DNA of 33,570 nucleotides from Sandaracinaceae bacterium (lineage in GTDB: Bacteria; Myxococcota_A; Polyangia; Polyangiales; Sandaracinaceae), in assembly GCA_044220955.1 (NCBI GenBank), contig JBGAQA010000077.1:1-33570 (forward strand), in the 5' to 3' direction. Below the pieces are notes generated by a model. It was not told the DNA's origin. It ran no database searches and saw only the letters and a list, made by a program, of their open reading frames with translations. This document shows positions 18,656 through 28,259 of the stretch, one piece after another. Within the stretch, counting starts at the first letter, position 1; each line of letters begins with the position of its first letter. The position numbers and the translations under genes were made by a program.

Positions 18656-21600
18656 ATGACCGCCGAGGGGACCCGGGTCGGCAGCCGCTACCTCGTCGTG
18701 GCACCGCTCGGGCGCGGCGGCATGGGCGTCGTCTGGGTGGCCGACGACGAGCGCCTCGGCCGGCGCGTCGCGCTCAAGGAGCTCTCGCCAGCGGCGCTGG
18801 GCGATCCGACCGCGCGCGCGCGCTTGATCCGCGAGGCGCGCCTGGCCGCCTCTCTCGAGCACCCGCACATCGTGCGCACCTACGACGTCGGCGAGACGCC
18901 CGACGGCGGCGCGTTCCTCGTGATGGAGCTGGTGCGGGGCAAGAGCCTCGCGCAGCTGCTCGGCGAGAGCACCTTCTCGCTCGCGGAGCGGCTCTCGGCG
19001 CTCGTCTCGATCGCGCGCGCGCTCGCGCACGCCCATCGAGCGGGCCTCGTGCACCGCGACGTGAAGCCCGACAACGTCATGCGGGAGGACGGCGGGCGCA
19101 TCGTGCTGCTCGACCTGGGCGTGGCCAAGCCGATCGCGGCCGCCGCGGGCGCGTCCGACATCACCGCCACGGAGCACGGCGCGATCGTGGGCACGCCCGC
19201 CTACCTCGCCCCGGAGCAGGCACGCGGCGCCGCGATCGATGCGCGGGCCGATCAGTTCGCGCTCGGCGTGACCGCGTACCAGCTCGTGACCGGGCGCCTG
19301 CCCTGGTCGTCGACCAACGTCGCCGGGGTGCTCGCCGAGGTCGTGGCCGACACGCCCCCGCCGCCGAGCGCGCACGTGCCCGAGCTGCCTGCGTCGGTCG
19401 ACGCGGTCGTGATGCGCGCGCTCGAGAAGCGCGCCGACGATCGCTTCAGGACGATGGACGCGCTCGCGGACGCGCTCGAGGTCGCGCGCGCCGATCTCTC
19501 GCCCTCGGTGCGCGCGCCACTCGCCATGCCGGTGGACGCTTCGGCGGCGACGACGCCGGCGGTCCCCGCCACGGGCGATGGCGCGAAGGTCGAGACACCC
19601 CGCCCGACGCCACCGAGCGCGGTCGATCCGATCGCGGCCACCGCGCTGAGCGCGCGGACCGGGGCGCGCTCGGGCGGGAGCCGCCGTGCTCTCGCCGTCG
19701 TGGCCTCGCTCGGTGTGGTGGCGCTCCTGGCGTGGGGAGGCTTCCAGCTCGCGCAGCGCTCGCCGCTCGAGGCGCCGGGCTCCGTCGTCGCCTGCCCGCC
19801 GCTCGCCGTCGAGTCGTCGAGGGAGGGCGAGCCGTGGATCGGCGCGGTGGCGGCGTCGCTCGTGTGCCAGCAGGCGGCGGTGTTCCTCGGCGGCGACGGC
19901 GAGCGCACGCGCGTTCCGGCGGAGCTCCTCGATCTACCGCGGGTGCCGACGGCCGACGTCGAGCGCGACCCCTACGTCCGGCCGGACGCGCGCGAGCGCG
20001 CGATCGTGGCGGCGCGGGCGCGCGCGGCCGCGTGGGTGGACGGCGTCGTGCGCCCTGGAGAGGACGACTTCGTGGTCGAGCTGGTGCTGCGCGACGCGAG
20101 CGGCGGCGAGCTCGGCCGGAGCACGGCGCGGGCGCCCGTGCTGCCGCGCGCGGTGGGCGAGGCCTTCCGCGCGCTGCGCCCCGCGCTCCCCGTGCTGCCG
20201 CTCTCGCCCGTGGCGGCGGATCTGCTGGGCACCTCGGACGTCGAGAGCGCGTCGTGGCTCGTGCAGTGGCTCGCGATGCTCAGCGTCGGCTCGTACATCT
20301 GCGACGACGAGTGCCCGCGCCTCGTCGACGACGCCCGCATCTCCGAGGACCAGCGCGACGTCGTCCGCTACTGGTGCGCGCACGCGGCCGCCGATCGCGA
20401 GCCCGCGTTCCCGGTCGCGATCGACGCCACGAGCCCCGCCACCGTCGCGCGCACCGCGTTCGCCGCCCTCGCGGTCGACCCCGCCGTCGACTTCGCGGCC
20501 CTCCTGGAGGCCGTGACGGAGGCGCGCGCTCACTCGACCTCGCCGCAGACGACCGCACGCCTCGTGGCCCTCGAGCTCACCGCGCGCACCGCGCTCGGCC
20601 AGGACGGCGAGGAGCTCGCCATCGCGTCCGTCTCCACCGATCCACGCCTGCACGTGGCGTGGGCGATGCTCGACGCGGAGCGCTACGGCCTGCCCGAGGC
20701 GGGCGCCACCGCAGCGGCGTACGCGGCGTGGGTGCCCGAGGAGCCCGACGCGTGGAACGTGATCGGACATGCCGTTCGCGCCGCAGGGGATCCCGTCGGC
20801 GCGCTCGGCTTCACGGCTCGCGGCGTGCGGATCGGCGGCGACTTCCCGCTCTTCGCCTCCAACTTCGCCGTCTCGGCGCTCGCGCGCGGTGACCGCGACA
20901 CGGCCCGCGCGCTGGCGGCCCGCCTCTCGCTGCGCACCCGGCCCGGGCAGCGCGTCGGCAGCCAGGGCATCCTCGCCGCGATCGACCTCGCCGAGATGCA
21001 CTTCCAGGCTGCGGTCGACCGCTCGCACACGACGTTCAGCACCATCGACGTGCTCGGGGGCATGGACTGGATCGATGCCGGCTTGCTCGAGACCAGCGCC
21101 CGGGCGGCCCGCGTCCTCGGACGGCAAGACGAGATCGTCAGCGCATTCACCGAGCGCTTCCTCGATCCCGAGCCTCCGCGCGTGACGCGTGGCGGCGGGT
21201 ACCTCCCCGCGATGCTCGCGCCCCTCTGCGCCACCGCCTCCGATGTCGCGCTGGGGACGCGATGCCTCGCGCGGCTGCGCCGGCTGCTCCAGCCGGACTG
21301 CGTGGCGCCGGACTCGATTCCCTCCGTCACGAGCGCGATCCTCGACGGCTCGGACCACCTGATCGCCGGTGATGTCATCGCGGCCGCGCGCCTGCTGCGC
21401 GACGTGAGCGCGCCGGCTGGCGCGATGCTCCTCGGGCACGAGGCCGAGGCACGCGCCGGGGTGCCCGACGCCGGCGAGCGGCTCGCGACCATCGTCGACG
21501 ACACCACGCGCCCGGTCGGCTGGATCCACGTCGTCGCTGCACGCGAGGCCGCGGCAAGAAGCGACCACGCGCGCGCCGCGGCGCTGGCCGACCGCATCGT

Positions 21601-21673
21601 CCGCGCGTGGGCGGGCGCCGACGCGGAGATCCCCGTCCTGCCCGAGATGCGAGCCCTCGCCGCGCCGCCTTGA
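18656..21673 (+). CDS. Membrane Hanks-type Ser/Thr kinase with long C-terminal helical/TPR-like region
   Basis: LGRGGMGVV, VALK, HRDVKPDN, DLG, GTPAYLAPE; TM segment near aa 345-365. Confidence 0.9.
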   Translation: MTAEGTRVGSRYLVVAPLGRGGMGVVWVADDERLGRRVALKELSPAALGDPTARARLIREARLAASLEHPHIVRTYDVGETPDGGAFLVMELVRGKSLAQLLGESTFSLAERLSALVSIARALAHAHRAGLVHRDVKPDNVMREDGGRIVLLDLGVAKPIAAAAGASDITATEHGAIVGTPAYLAPEQARGAAIDARADQFALGVTAYQLVTGRLPWSSTNVAGVLAEVVADTPPPPSAHVPELPASVDAVVMRALEKRADDRFRTMDALADALEVARADLSPSVRAPLAMPVDASAATTPAVPATGDGAKVETPRPTPPSAVDPIAATALSARTGARSGGSRRALAVVASLGVVALLAWGGFQLAQRSPLEAPGSVVACPPLAVESSREGEPWIGAVAASLVCQQAAVFLGGDGERTRVPAELLDLPRVPTADVERDPYVRPDARERAIVAARARAAAWVDGVVRPGEDDFVVELVLRDASGGELGRSTARAPVLPRAVGEAFRALRPALPVLPLSPVAADLLGTSDVESASWLVQWLAMLSVGSYICDDECPRLVDDARISEDQRDVVRYWCAHAAADREPAFPVAIDATSPATVARTAFAALAVDPAVDFAALLEAVTEARAHSTSPQTTARLVALELTARTALGQDGEELAIASVSTDPRLHVAWAMLDAERYGLPEAGATAAAYAAWVPEEPDAWNVIGHAVRAAGDPVGALGFTARGVRIGGDFPLFASNFAVSALARGDRDTARALAARLSLRTRPGQRVGSQGILAAIDLAEMHFQAAVDRSHTTFSTIDVLGGMDWIDAGLLETSARAARVLGRQDEIVSAFTERFLDPEPPRVTRGGGYLPAMLAPLCATASDVALGTRCLARLRRLLQPDCVAPDSIPSVTSAILDGSDHLIAGDVIAAARLLRDVSAPAGAMLLGHEAEARAGVPDAGERLATIVDDTTRPVGWIHVVAAREAAARSDHARAAALADRIVRAWAGADAEIPVLPEMRALAAPP

Positions 21674-21693
21674 GCTCAGGCCACGGTGGGGGA

Positions 21694-23253
21694 TCAAGGC
21701 GACCAGGCACGGCAGCACGTGTCCGCGGCGTGCGCCGCGTCGCAGCGCGCGCCCGATCGGAACAGGGAGATGCACGCCGCCATGAGACGATAGTAGTAGT
21801 CGCCCATCACGTTCGCGCCGGGCTCGATGTCGCGGCTGTACTCCACGTCCCACTGATCGATGAAGCATCCGTCGGGGTAGGCGCTGCACGGACACGCAGG
21901 GTGACCGCAGGGCTGTCGCTGGGCGATCCACTCGTTCCAGCCGGTGATCGTGACGATGGGCGTCTCCGGCCAGTCGAAGACACGCTCGAACTGTCGCCGG
22001 AACGTGAGGCCCTGGTGCTTGGGTGTCGCCGTGGAGACGTTCATGAAGGTCTCCTGGTAGGCGGCGGCGACCGTGATCTGCTCGATGGAACCGTCGCGCG
22101 TCGCGACGCGCTGCATGCATGGCTCGGGGCTCGTCGGGGCCTCTTGGCATCGCTGCATGAAGCTCCAGGGAGCTCCGTCCTCGCGGTACACGCCCCACAT
22201 CCGGCGCACCGTGTAGCTGCGCGCGAGCTCGGCCTCGCGTGTCGCATCGACGGGATACTGCTCGTTCTCGGTGATCAGGAGGAGCGGGCGACCGAGGTAC
22301 TCGAACTGGATGCCCGGGTATGCACCGAGGCGAGCGAGGATCGCATCGACGGTGTAGGTGCTGGCGCTCTCGTGATCTCCGACGACGGGGACCCAGGGCA
22401 CGACACGCGGCGCACCGGGCACCGTGCTCCACACGGCCAGCAGGCGATCGAGGGGCTCGAGGATCATGCCGCGCGTGTCGTCGCTCCGAGCGTCCACGTA
22501 CGCGTGGTTCGTCGCGTCGAAGAAGACGAAGTCGATGCCCGCATCGCGCAGCAGCTCCGCGTGGTGGCGCAGGATCGCGTCGGCCTCGCTGGGGCAGTAG
22601 TAGCCGGCCTCCGGGCGGCCCCAGTAGTGGAAGTCGCCGTAGTCCCCCCACGCCTGGCGTCCCGCGAGGACCTCGGAGATGTCGTGGACCGGCCGGCTCC
22701 GCGCCGCGCGACAGTGCCAGGTGCTGTAGAAGATCCCGAAGCGTGTCCGGGTGGTGTCCACCGCGCGCTCCGTGCAGATGCTCCGCGCCGTGTCGCAGCG
22801 CTCGCGCCCGCTCGCACAGTCGACGTCGGTGCGACACTCGACGCAGAGCCCGCCTGCGCAGATCGCGCCCGAGGCCGCGGTGCCGCACCAGACGCCGAGC
22901 ACGCACTCGTTGCGACAGAGTCCGGAGCGGCAGCCACGGTTCGGGCCGCACTCGGCGTCGTCGCGGCACTCCGGCGCCGACGCATCCGCCGGGGCGCTCG
23001 CGTCCGGCGGGGCGGCCGCGTCAGGGGCTGGGTCGGCGTCCTCGCTGGGTGTCTCGAGGACGTCGAGGAGCGGGGCGTTCCAGGCGTCCGCGCTCGCATC
23101 GTCGAGGACCGCGACGGCGGCGTCCATCGAGGCCGCGTCGGGCGCGTCGGAGTGCGGTCTCGCGGATCGCGCGGCGGTGCAGGCGACGAGCGTCGCCGCG
23201 AGCAGGGATGCGACGAGCGACGTTGCGGTGGCACGGGCCGGAGCGACGAGCAT
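21694..23253 (-). CDS. Lipoprotein with Cys-rich repeats and GH99-like glycoside hydrolase domain
   Basis: LVA-C lipobox; GIFYSTWH, HYWGRPEAGYY, HAELLRDAGIDFVFFDATN, TGWNEW, EYSRDIEP. Confidence 0.7.
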   Translation of the reverse strand: MLVAPARATATSLVASLLAATLVACTAARSARPHSDAPDAASMDAAVAVLDDASADAWNAPLLDVLETPSEDADPAPDAAAPPDASAPADASAPECRDDAECGPNRGCRSGLCRNECVLGVWCGTAASGAICAGGLCVECRTDVDCASGRERCDTARSICTERAVDTTRTRFGIFYSTWHCRAARSRPVHDISEVLAGRQAWGDYGDFHYWGRPEAGYYCPSEADAILRHHAELLRDAGIDFVFFDATNHAYVDARSDDTRGMILEPLDRLLAVWSTVPGAPRVVPWVPVVGDHESASTYTVDAILARLGAYPGIQFEYLGRPLLLITENEQYPVDATREAELARSYTVRRMWGVYREDGAPWSFMQRCQEAPTSPEPCMQRVATRDGSIEQITVAAAYQETFMNVSTATPKHQGLTFRRQFERVFDWPETPIVTITGWNEWIAQRQPCGHPACPCSAYPDGCFIDQWDVEYSRDIEPGANVMGDYYYRLMAACISLFRSGARCDAAHAADTCCRAWSP

Positions 23254-23490
23254 GGAGCCTCCGCGCGCGACTCTGCGCGCGCCGGGCTCCGGTCCCGTCT
23301 TACATCGTCTGTCCCCGTTGACGGCCGAGGCGGAAGTCCGGAGCATCCACGCTGTGGCGCAGGAGCATCATCGCGCGTGCCTCGTCGCAGCCTGCGGCCT
23401 GCTCGTGTCGAGCAGTGAGGGTGCCCCGGCCGCTCTCCAGGCCGCGAGCTACCCGGTGCCCCCACCGCCGTGACGGACGCGGTGGCACAC

Positions 23491-25179
23491 ATGCGGGCGC
23501 TCCAGGCCAGCTGGCTCGCCGTGGCGGTATCGGGCTGCACGGTCGCGCTTCCCTACCCGGGTGTGGAGCAGGAGATCTGCGACAACCACGTCGACGACGA
23601 CTTCGACGACGAGGTGGACTGCGACGACGACGGGTGCGACGGAGAGTGCCCGGAGGACGACGCGACGTCCTGCACCGACGGGCGCGACGACGACCGCGAT
23701 GGCCTCTTCGACTTCGCCGACCCCGGGTGCTGGCCGCTCGCGCACGTCGAGATCACGTCGTGCGGCAGCGCGCCCGGCACGGACGCGCGCTTCGACTTCG
23801 ACGGCACCGACGAGCGCTGGGCGTTCAGCGACGGCGCGCACGCGGCGGACCCCACCGGGAGCGTCTCGCATCCGGTCTTCGTCGTGGGGCCGGACGACTC
23901 GGGCCGTGCCGACCAGATCGACGTGTCGACCGGGCGCCTGGTCGGGATGTCGCTCATTGCACGCCTCCATCTCGATCCCGTCGCGAGCCGTGTCTCCGTC
24001 GAGCTCGACGTCCGCGACGCGCCGGTCGACGTGTCGCTGATCTCGGTCTCGCTGGGCTCCGGCCGCCTGTCTCTCGAGGCGCTGACGACCGACAGCGCGA
24101 TGCTCACCGCGACGGAGGAGGGCTGGTACGAGGTCACGCTCGACGTCGTCGACCTGGGGACGCTGCACGCCGAGGTCCGGCACGGCGGCGTCGTGGTGGC
24201 GCAGACCACGGAGGACATCCCCACGGGTAGCTGGTCGCCGAGCCAGATGCTCGGCGTCCGCCTCCGCGGCTACACCGGCGCGGCGAGCCCGCCCCTCGTG
24301 GTCACCGAGATGACGCTCCATCGCGACCCCTTCACGACGCCGTGTGGCGCGGTCGTTCCCGCGCTCGAGCCGCTCGTCGGCCTCTTCTTCTTCGGCGTGC
24401 GCGCCGTTTCGATGCAGGGCGACGGCTCGCTCTGCGCCGTCGGCGACAGCTTCGTGGACGAGCGCGGCGAGTCGTACGTCCCGCCCGTGCCTGCGCTCGC
24501 GCGCTCCGCGGACGGCGGGCTCGCGTGGGCGCTCGACGCGCACGAGGAGCTCGCCGATCCGCCTGATCCCTTTCACCCACTCCGCTTCGAGGGAAGCTCG
24601 CTCTCGGGAGACGTGCTGCACACGCTCCTCTGGCGCGCGGCGTCACCGAGCCAGGTCGGGGTGCTCGATGGCTGCTCGACGTATCGCGCGATCGGTGACG
24701 TGCCGCTCGGCGCCGACATCGAGGCCCGTGGATACGCCTTCGACGGAACCGAGCACGAGATCTTCGCGGTGCAGGGCGATCGCATCGTGCGGCGCCGCTT
24801 CGCGACGGGCGACGTCCACTTCACGTCGAGCGACGTCCTCGCTCGAGTCGATCCGGACGCGATCGGACCGATCACCCGCGTCGGCAGCGACCTCGTGGTG
24901 ACGGGCGGCGGCGGACCGACCCCTGGCCTCTTCGTCGTGTCGAGCGGGCCGCGGCACCACGACGCACTGCGCCCGCTCCATCCGATCGGCGGGTCCGGGC
25001 TCTCCGGGGCGTGCGACGAGTACGAGGCGCGCGGCCCGGTGCTCGCGATGGACCCTCGCCCGGTCGTGACGGACGCCGCGGCCACCGGCACCGTGCTCGT
25101 CACCTGCGCGGGACGCACGACGCTCGGTGGCCAGCTCGCCGGCCATGTGCCGCGGCGCTTCGTCGTGCGCGCGCCATGA
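23491..25179 (+). CDS. Lipoprotein with acidic Cys/Asp metal-binding-type repeats
   Basis: AVSG-C lipobox; EICDNHVDDDFDDEVDC and CTDGRDDDRDGLFDFADPGC; start at 23470 or 23491. Confidence 0.7.
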   Translation: MRALQASWLAVAVSGCTVALPYPGVEQEICDNHVDDDFDDEVDCDDDGCDGECPEDDATSCTDGRDDDRDGLFDFADPGCWPLAHVEITSCGSAPGTDARFDFDGTDERWAFSDGAHAADPTGSVSHPVFVVGPDDSGRADQIDVSTGRLVGMSLIARLHLDPVASRVSVELDVRDAPVDVSLISVSLGSGRLSLEALTTDSAMLTATEEGWYEVTLDVVDLGTLHAEVRHGGVVVAQTTEDIPTGSWSPSQMLGVRLRGYTGAASPPLVVTEMTLHRDPFTTPCGAVVPALEPLVGLFFFGVRAVSMQGDGSLCAVGDSFVDERGESYVPPVPALARSADGGLAWALDAHEELADPPDPFHPLRFEGSSLSGDVLHTLLWRAASPSQVGVLDGCSTYRAIGDVPLGADIEARGYAFDGTEHEIFAVQGDRIVRRRFATGDVHFTSSDVLARVDPDAIGPITRVGSDLVVTGGGGPTPGLFVVSSGPRHHDALRPLHPIGGSGLSGACDEYEARGPVLAMDPRPVVTDAAATGTVLVTCAGRTTLGGQLAGHVPRRFVVRAP

Positions 25180-25212
25180 CGCGGCCGTGCTGATCGCCAC
25201 CGGCGACGGAGC

Positions 25213-25368
25213 GAGAGCGAGAGCGAGGTCGAGAGCGAGGTCGAGAGCGAGAGCGAGAACGAGAGCGAGGTCGAGAGCGAGAGCGAGGTCGAGAGCGAGG
25301 TGGAGGTCGAGAGCGAGAGCGAGGTCGAGAGCGAGAGCGAGAGCGAGAGCGAGAGCGAGAGCGAGAGC
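25213..25368. repeat. Intergenic hexamer array, 26 units of GAGAGC/GAGGTC
   Basis: 156 bp in register, with single GAGAAC and GAGGTG variants. Confidence 0.95.
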
Positions 25369-25427
25369 GTGCGCCCCCTTGCTGTCGACGAGCCCCCGTC
25401 TCGCATCGGCGGTAGCATCACGCTCTC

Positions 25428-26654
25428 GTGGACCTCGCGAACGGCCTCCTGGTGGTTCCCTCGGCGCACGATGCGCGCTTGCGTGATCTCGCGCGCAAGC
25501 TGCGGCTGCTCGTGCTGCGCGATCTGCTCGCTCGCGGTCCCGGCGAGGTCTCCGAGCCCGTTCGGCGCGCGCTCCCGCGCGTGCAGCAGGCTCTGGTCGG
25601 CTGCGCGCGCACGCACTCGGCCGCGCTGCTCGCGGCGCTGGGATCGGAGGACGTGCTGCCGCCGCTGCTCGCGATGATGGGTGGCGTGTGTCCTCCGGAC
25701 GCGATGCTGCGCCAGGCGATCCCGCCGCTCCTCGCGCGGCTCGGGTCCGCGCGCGGCGTGCTCGAGGAGAGCGTGCTCTGGGACGTGCCGATCGCGGTGC
25801 TTCCCTTGCCCGGTCGCGGGGTCGCCCGCTTCGCGCCCGAGGCGCAGGGCATGGTCGCGAACGCCGCGGGCGTGGAGGTGCGGCTCGCGGGCGGCGAGGA
25901 GGTGCGGCTCGACCGGCTCGAGACTGGCGCGACCTTCCACGCCATCGCCGGGCTCGACGCGCACCTCTCTCTCTTCGACGTGAACCCGCTCGCGATGCGC
26001 GAGGAGCACCCCGACAAGCAGGGCAACGCGATCGAGCTGGGCGGGAGGTCGATCGACGAGTGGACGCGCGCGCTCTCCGAAGCGGCCGCGCTGATCGGTC
26101 TCGCGCTCCCGACCGTCCACGCCGAGCTCGCGCTCGCGCTCCAGCGCATCGTGCCGGTCGGCTACGAGCCCGAGCGGCACCTCTCGGCGTCGTACCGCGA
26201 GGCGCCGGGCCTCGTGTACATGACCCTCCACCCCAGCGTGCTGACGCTCGCCGAGGCGCTGGTGCACGAGACGCAGCACGGCAAGCTCAACGTGCTCTCT
26301 TACTTCGATCCGGCGCTCGTGAACGGGCGCACGACGTGGACGCCCTCGCCGGTGCGGCCCGATCTACGGCCGCTCTCGGGCGTGCTGCTCGCCGTGCACG
26401 CGTTCGTGCCCGTCGCTGCGCTGCACCTCGGCCTGGCCGAGCTCGACCACCCGATCGCGCGCACGCCCGAGTTCGCCACGCGCCGCGCGCAGGTGCTCGC
26501 CGGCAACGCGCGCGGCCTCGCCATCGTGCACGAGCTCGGCGAGCCGACGCCGCTCGGCCGCGAGCTGATCGCGGCGCTCGACGCGCTGCACGCGCAGACG
26601 CAGGCAGCCGCGCCCCCCGCCGTCGTGGACGCCGAGGCGCTGCCGCCTGGCTGA
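25428..26654 (+). CDS. HEXXH-motif peptide modification protein (aKG-HExxH-like oxygenase)
   Basis: SASYREAPGLVY, LAEALVHETQHGKL, SPVRPDLRPLSGVLLAVHAF. Confidence 0.85.
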   Translation: MDLANGLLVVPSAHDARLRDLARKLRLLVLRDLLARGPGEVSEPVRRALPRVQQALVGCARTHSAALLAALGSEDVLPPLLAMMGGVCPPDAMLRQAIPPLLARLGSARGVLEESVLWDVPIAVLPLPGRGVARFAPEAQGMVANAAGVEVRLAGGEEVRLDRLETGATFHAIAGLDAHLSLFDVNPLAMREEHPDKQGNAIELGGRSIDEWTRALSEAAALIGLALPTVHAELALALQRIVPVGYEPERHLSASYREAPGLVYMTLHPSVLTLAEALVHETQHGKLNVLSYFDPALVNGRTTWTPSPVRPDLRPLSGVLLAVHAFVPVAALHLGLAELDHPIARTPEFATRRAQVLAGNARGLAIVHELGEPTPLGRELIAALDALHAQTQAAAPPAVVDAEALPPG

Positions 26655-26657
26655 CGG

Positions 26658-26693
26658 GCGACGCCAGCTCTGTCGGCGTGCTGGCCGCGTCGC
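26658..26693 (+). terminator. Hairpin just after the HEXXH stop codon
   Basis: GCGACGCCAGC...GCTGG-CC-GCGTCGC; no U tract. Confidence 0.35.
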
Positions 26694-26703
26694 GGGGCGG
26701 TAT

Positions 26704-26904
26704 CCCCGTTGCTTCGCTCGGTCGGACACGAACCGCAGCCGCGAGACCCGGGAAGTGTGTCCGAGTCGGGATGGGGTGCGCGAGGGGCTAGCCCCTGAGT
26801 CACAAAGAGAACTGCGAGGGTGAACGGTGGCGGCCGGGTCGGGTGCCCCGCTGTTGAGCGCGCGACGACACCGCAGCTCGTGTCGTTGCAGCGAAGCAAC
26901 GGGG
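26704..26904 (+). ncRNA. Unidentified ~200-nt multi-stem structured element
   Basis: Perfect 15-bp terminal inverted repeat plus three internal stems whose imperfect pairs read as G-U on the + strand, and a 14-bp palindrome. Confidence 0.55.
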
Positions 26905-26951
26905 CATCCGGCTCCGCCGCGGCCCGCTCGAGGTTCGGCGCCCCGAGAGGC

Positions 26952-28139
26952 TCACTCGATCTTGCGGACCATGCCCTCGCGCACCAGCCGCTTGATCAAG
27001 ACGAGCTTCCCGTCGTCGTCCAGCTCGCCCGGCAGATCGCGGATCGCGAAGTCCGCCGTCTCGAGCGCGTAGCGCGTCGGCTCGGCCGCGTACGCCGGCA
27101 GGCGCATCTCGGCGCCGTAGCACGACACGATGAACTGCCCGTCCATCTCGCGGTACCGGTAGAGCAGCGCGGGGCGCGCGCCGACGCGGTCGTCGAGCCT
27201 CAGCTTCGAGATGGAGAGCACCTGCTCGAGCTGCCCCTCGAGGAGCGCCGTGCGCGTCGAGACGAGGTCGTCCGCGAAGTGATCGAGCGCCGCGTCGGCG
27301 TCGGCCTTGTCGGCGAGGCGCCGGAAGAGCTCGCGGAAGGTCCCCCGCGCCTTCGTACGATCGAACTCGGTGCGCGCGTAGCCGGGTGGCAGCGCGCGGC
27401 GGAACTCGAGGTCCGAGAGCGCCATCTTCGCGACCGCCTCGAGCAGCACCTCGGTCCACGTGGTCGCGAGCGCGCCGACCGTGATGTGCAGCGTCTCGCC
27501 TTGGAGCGTCTGCGCGTCGTGCATGATGCCCCGCGGCAGATAGAACATGTCGCCCGGCTCGAGATCGAACTCCATCGTCACCGCGCCCACCGGCGTCGCG
27601 TCGCGCTTGAAAGGCTGGCCGCGGAAGGGCAGCTCGATCGGCGTGTCGAAGATCTGCCAGTGCTTGGTCCCGTGCACCTGCAGGATGATCACGTCGTGGC
27701 TGTCGTAGTGCGGCGGGAAGCCCTGCGAGCCGGGCGGCGTCATGTAGATGTTCGTCTGGAAGCGGCACGAGAGCTCGCGCTCGAGCGAGCGGCAGAGCTC
27801 GTGCAGGCGCGGCACGAACGTGTGCAGCTGGTTGAACCCGATCGTCCCGCCGTCGGCGAACTTCTGATAGAGGCGCGCGAGGTCGACGGTGCCGTCGGGG
27901 AACGTGTAGTCCTTCGCGTCGACGGGGTTGCGCGCGTTCGCGATGAACGCGTTCGACTGCGTGAGCGTGTGCGAGGTGAGGACGCGGTCGAGCGACTTCA
28001 GCGTCAGCAGATCGCCGTAGTACGCGGGGTTGTTCCTGCGGATCAGCAGCGGCTTCTTCTCCCAGTACTCCTCGAAGAAGCGCTCGCGGGTGATCGGCGC
28101 CAGGATCGCGTCGAAGTCGTAGGCTCTCGGCTGGCTCAT
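26952..28139 (-). CDS. JmjC/Cupin_4 2-oxoglutarate-Fe(II) oxygenase, NO66/RIOX-like
   Basis: FFEEYWEKKPL, NIYMTPPGSQGFPPHYDSHDV (HxD), GTKHW, LEPGDMFYLPRGIMH. Confidence 0.9.
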   Translation of the reverse strand: MSQPRAYDFDAILAPITRERFFEEYWEKKPLLIRRNNPAYYGDLLTLKSLDRVLTSHTLTQSNAFIANARNPVDAKDYTFPDGTVDLARLYQKFADGGTIGFNQLHTFVPRLHELCRSLERELSCRFQTNIYMTPPGSQGFPPHYDSHDVIILQVHGTKHWQIFDTPIELPFRGQPFKRDATPVGAVTMEFDLEPGDMFYLPRGIMHDAQTLQGETLHITVGALATTWTEVLLEAVAKMALSDLEFRRALPPGYARTEFDRTKARGTFRELFRRLADKADADAALDHFADDLVSTRTALLEGQLEQVLSISKLRLDDRVGARPALLYRYREMDGQFIVSCYGAEMRLPAYAAEPTRYALETADFAIRDLPGELDDDGKLVLIKRLVREGMVRKIE

Positions 28140-28259
28140 GCGGGGTCCTCCACCAGGGAGCCCTAGGCACCCGGGCAGCTTCGGGTCTGGGGCTGCTCAC
28201 AGAGCCGGCTCGGCAGACCTGTCTGGACGTGAGCGGTACGGCTCGCGCATGCTGCACCC

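Noticed and set aside
25213..25368. CRISPR array or ES/SL-repeat protein
   Set aside because: No unique spacers and no cas genes; the ORFs crossing it lack credible starts.
26771..26791. Tiny ORF MGCARG as a RiPP precursor
   Set aside because: Six codons, no leader peptide, and embedded in the structured element.
26704..26904. Assignment as 6S, SRP, tRNA, cobalamin riboswitch or a functional retron
   Set aside because: Diagnostic motifs not recognised; no reverse transcriptase in the window, and the wobble pairs favour the strand opposite to the retron-like reading.
28202..28244. GAGCCG...GTACGGCTC resembling group II intron domain V
   Set aside because: Too long (43 nt), no GNRA loop or domain VI, and no intron context.
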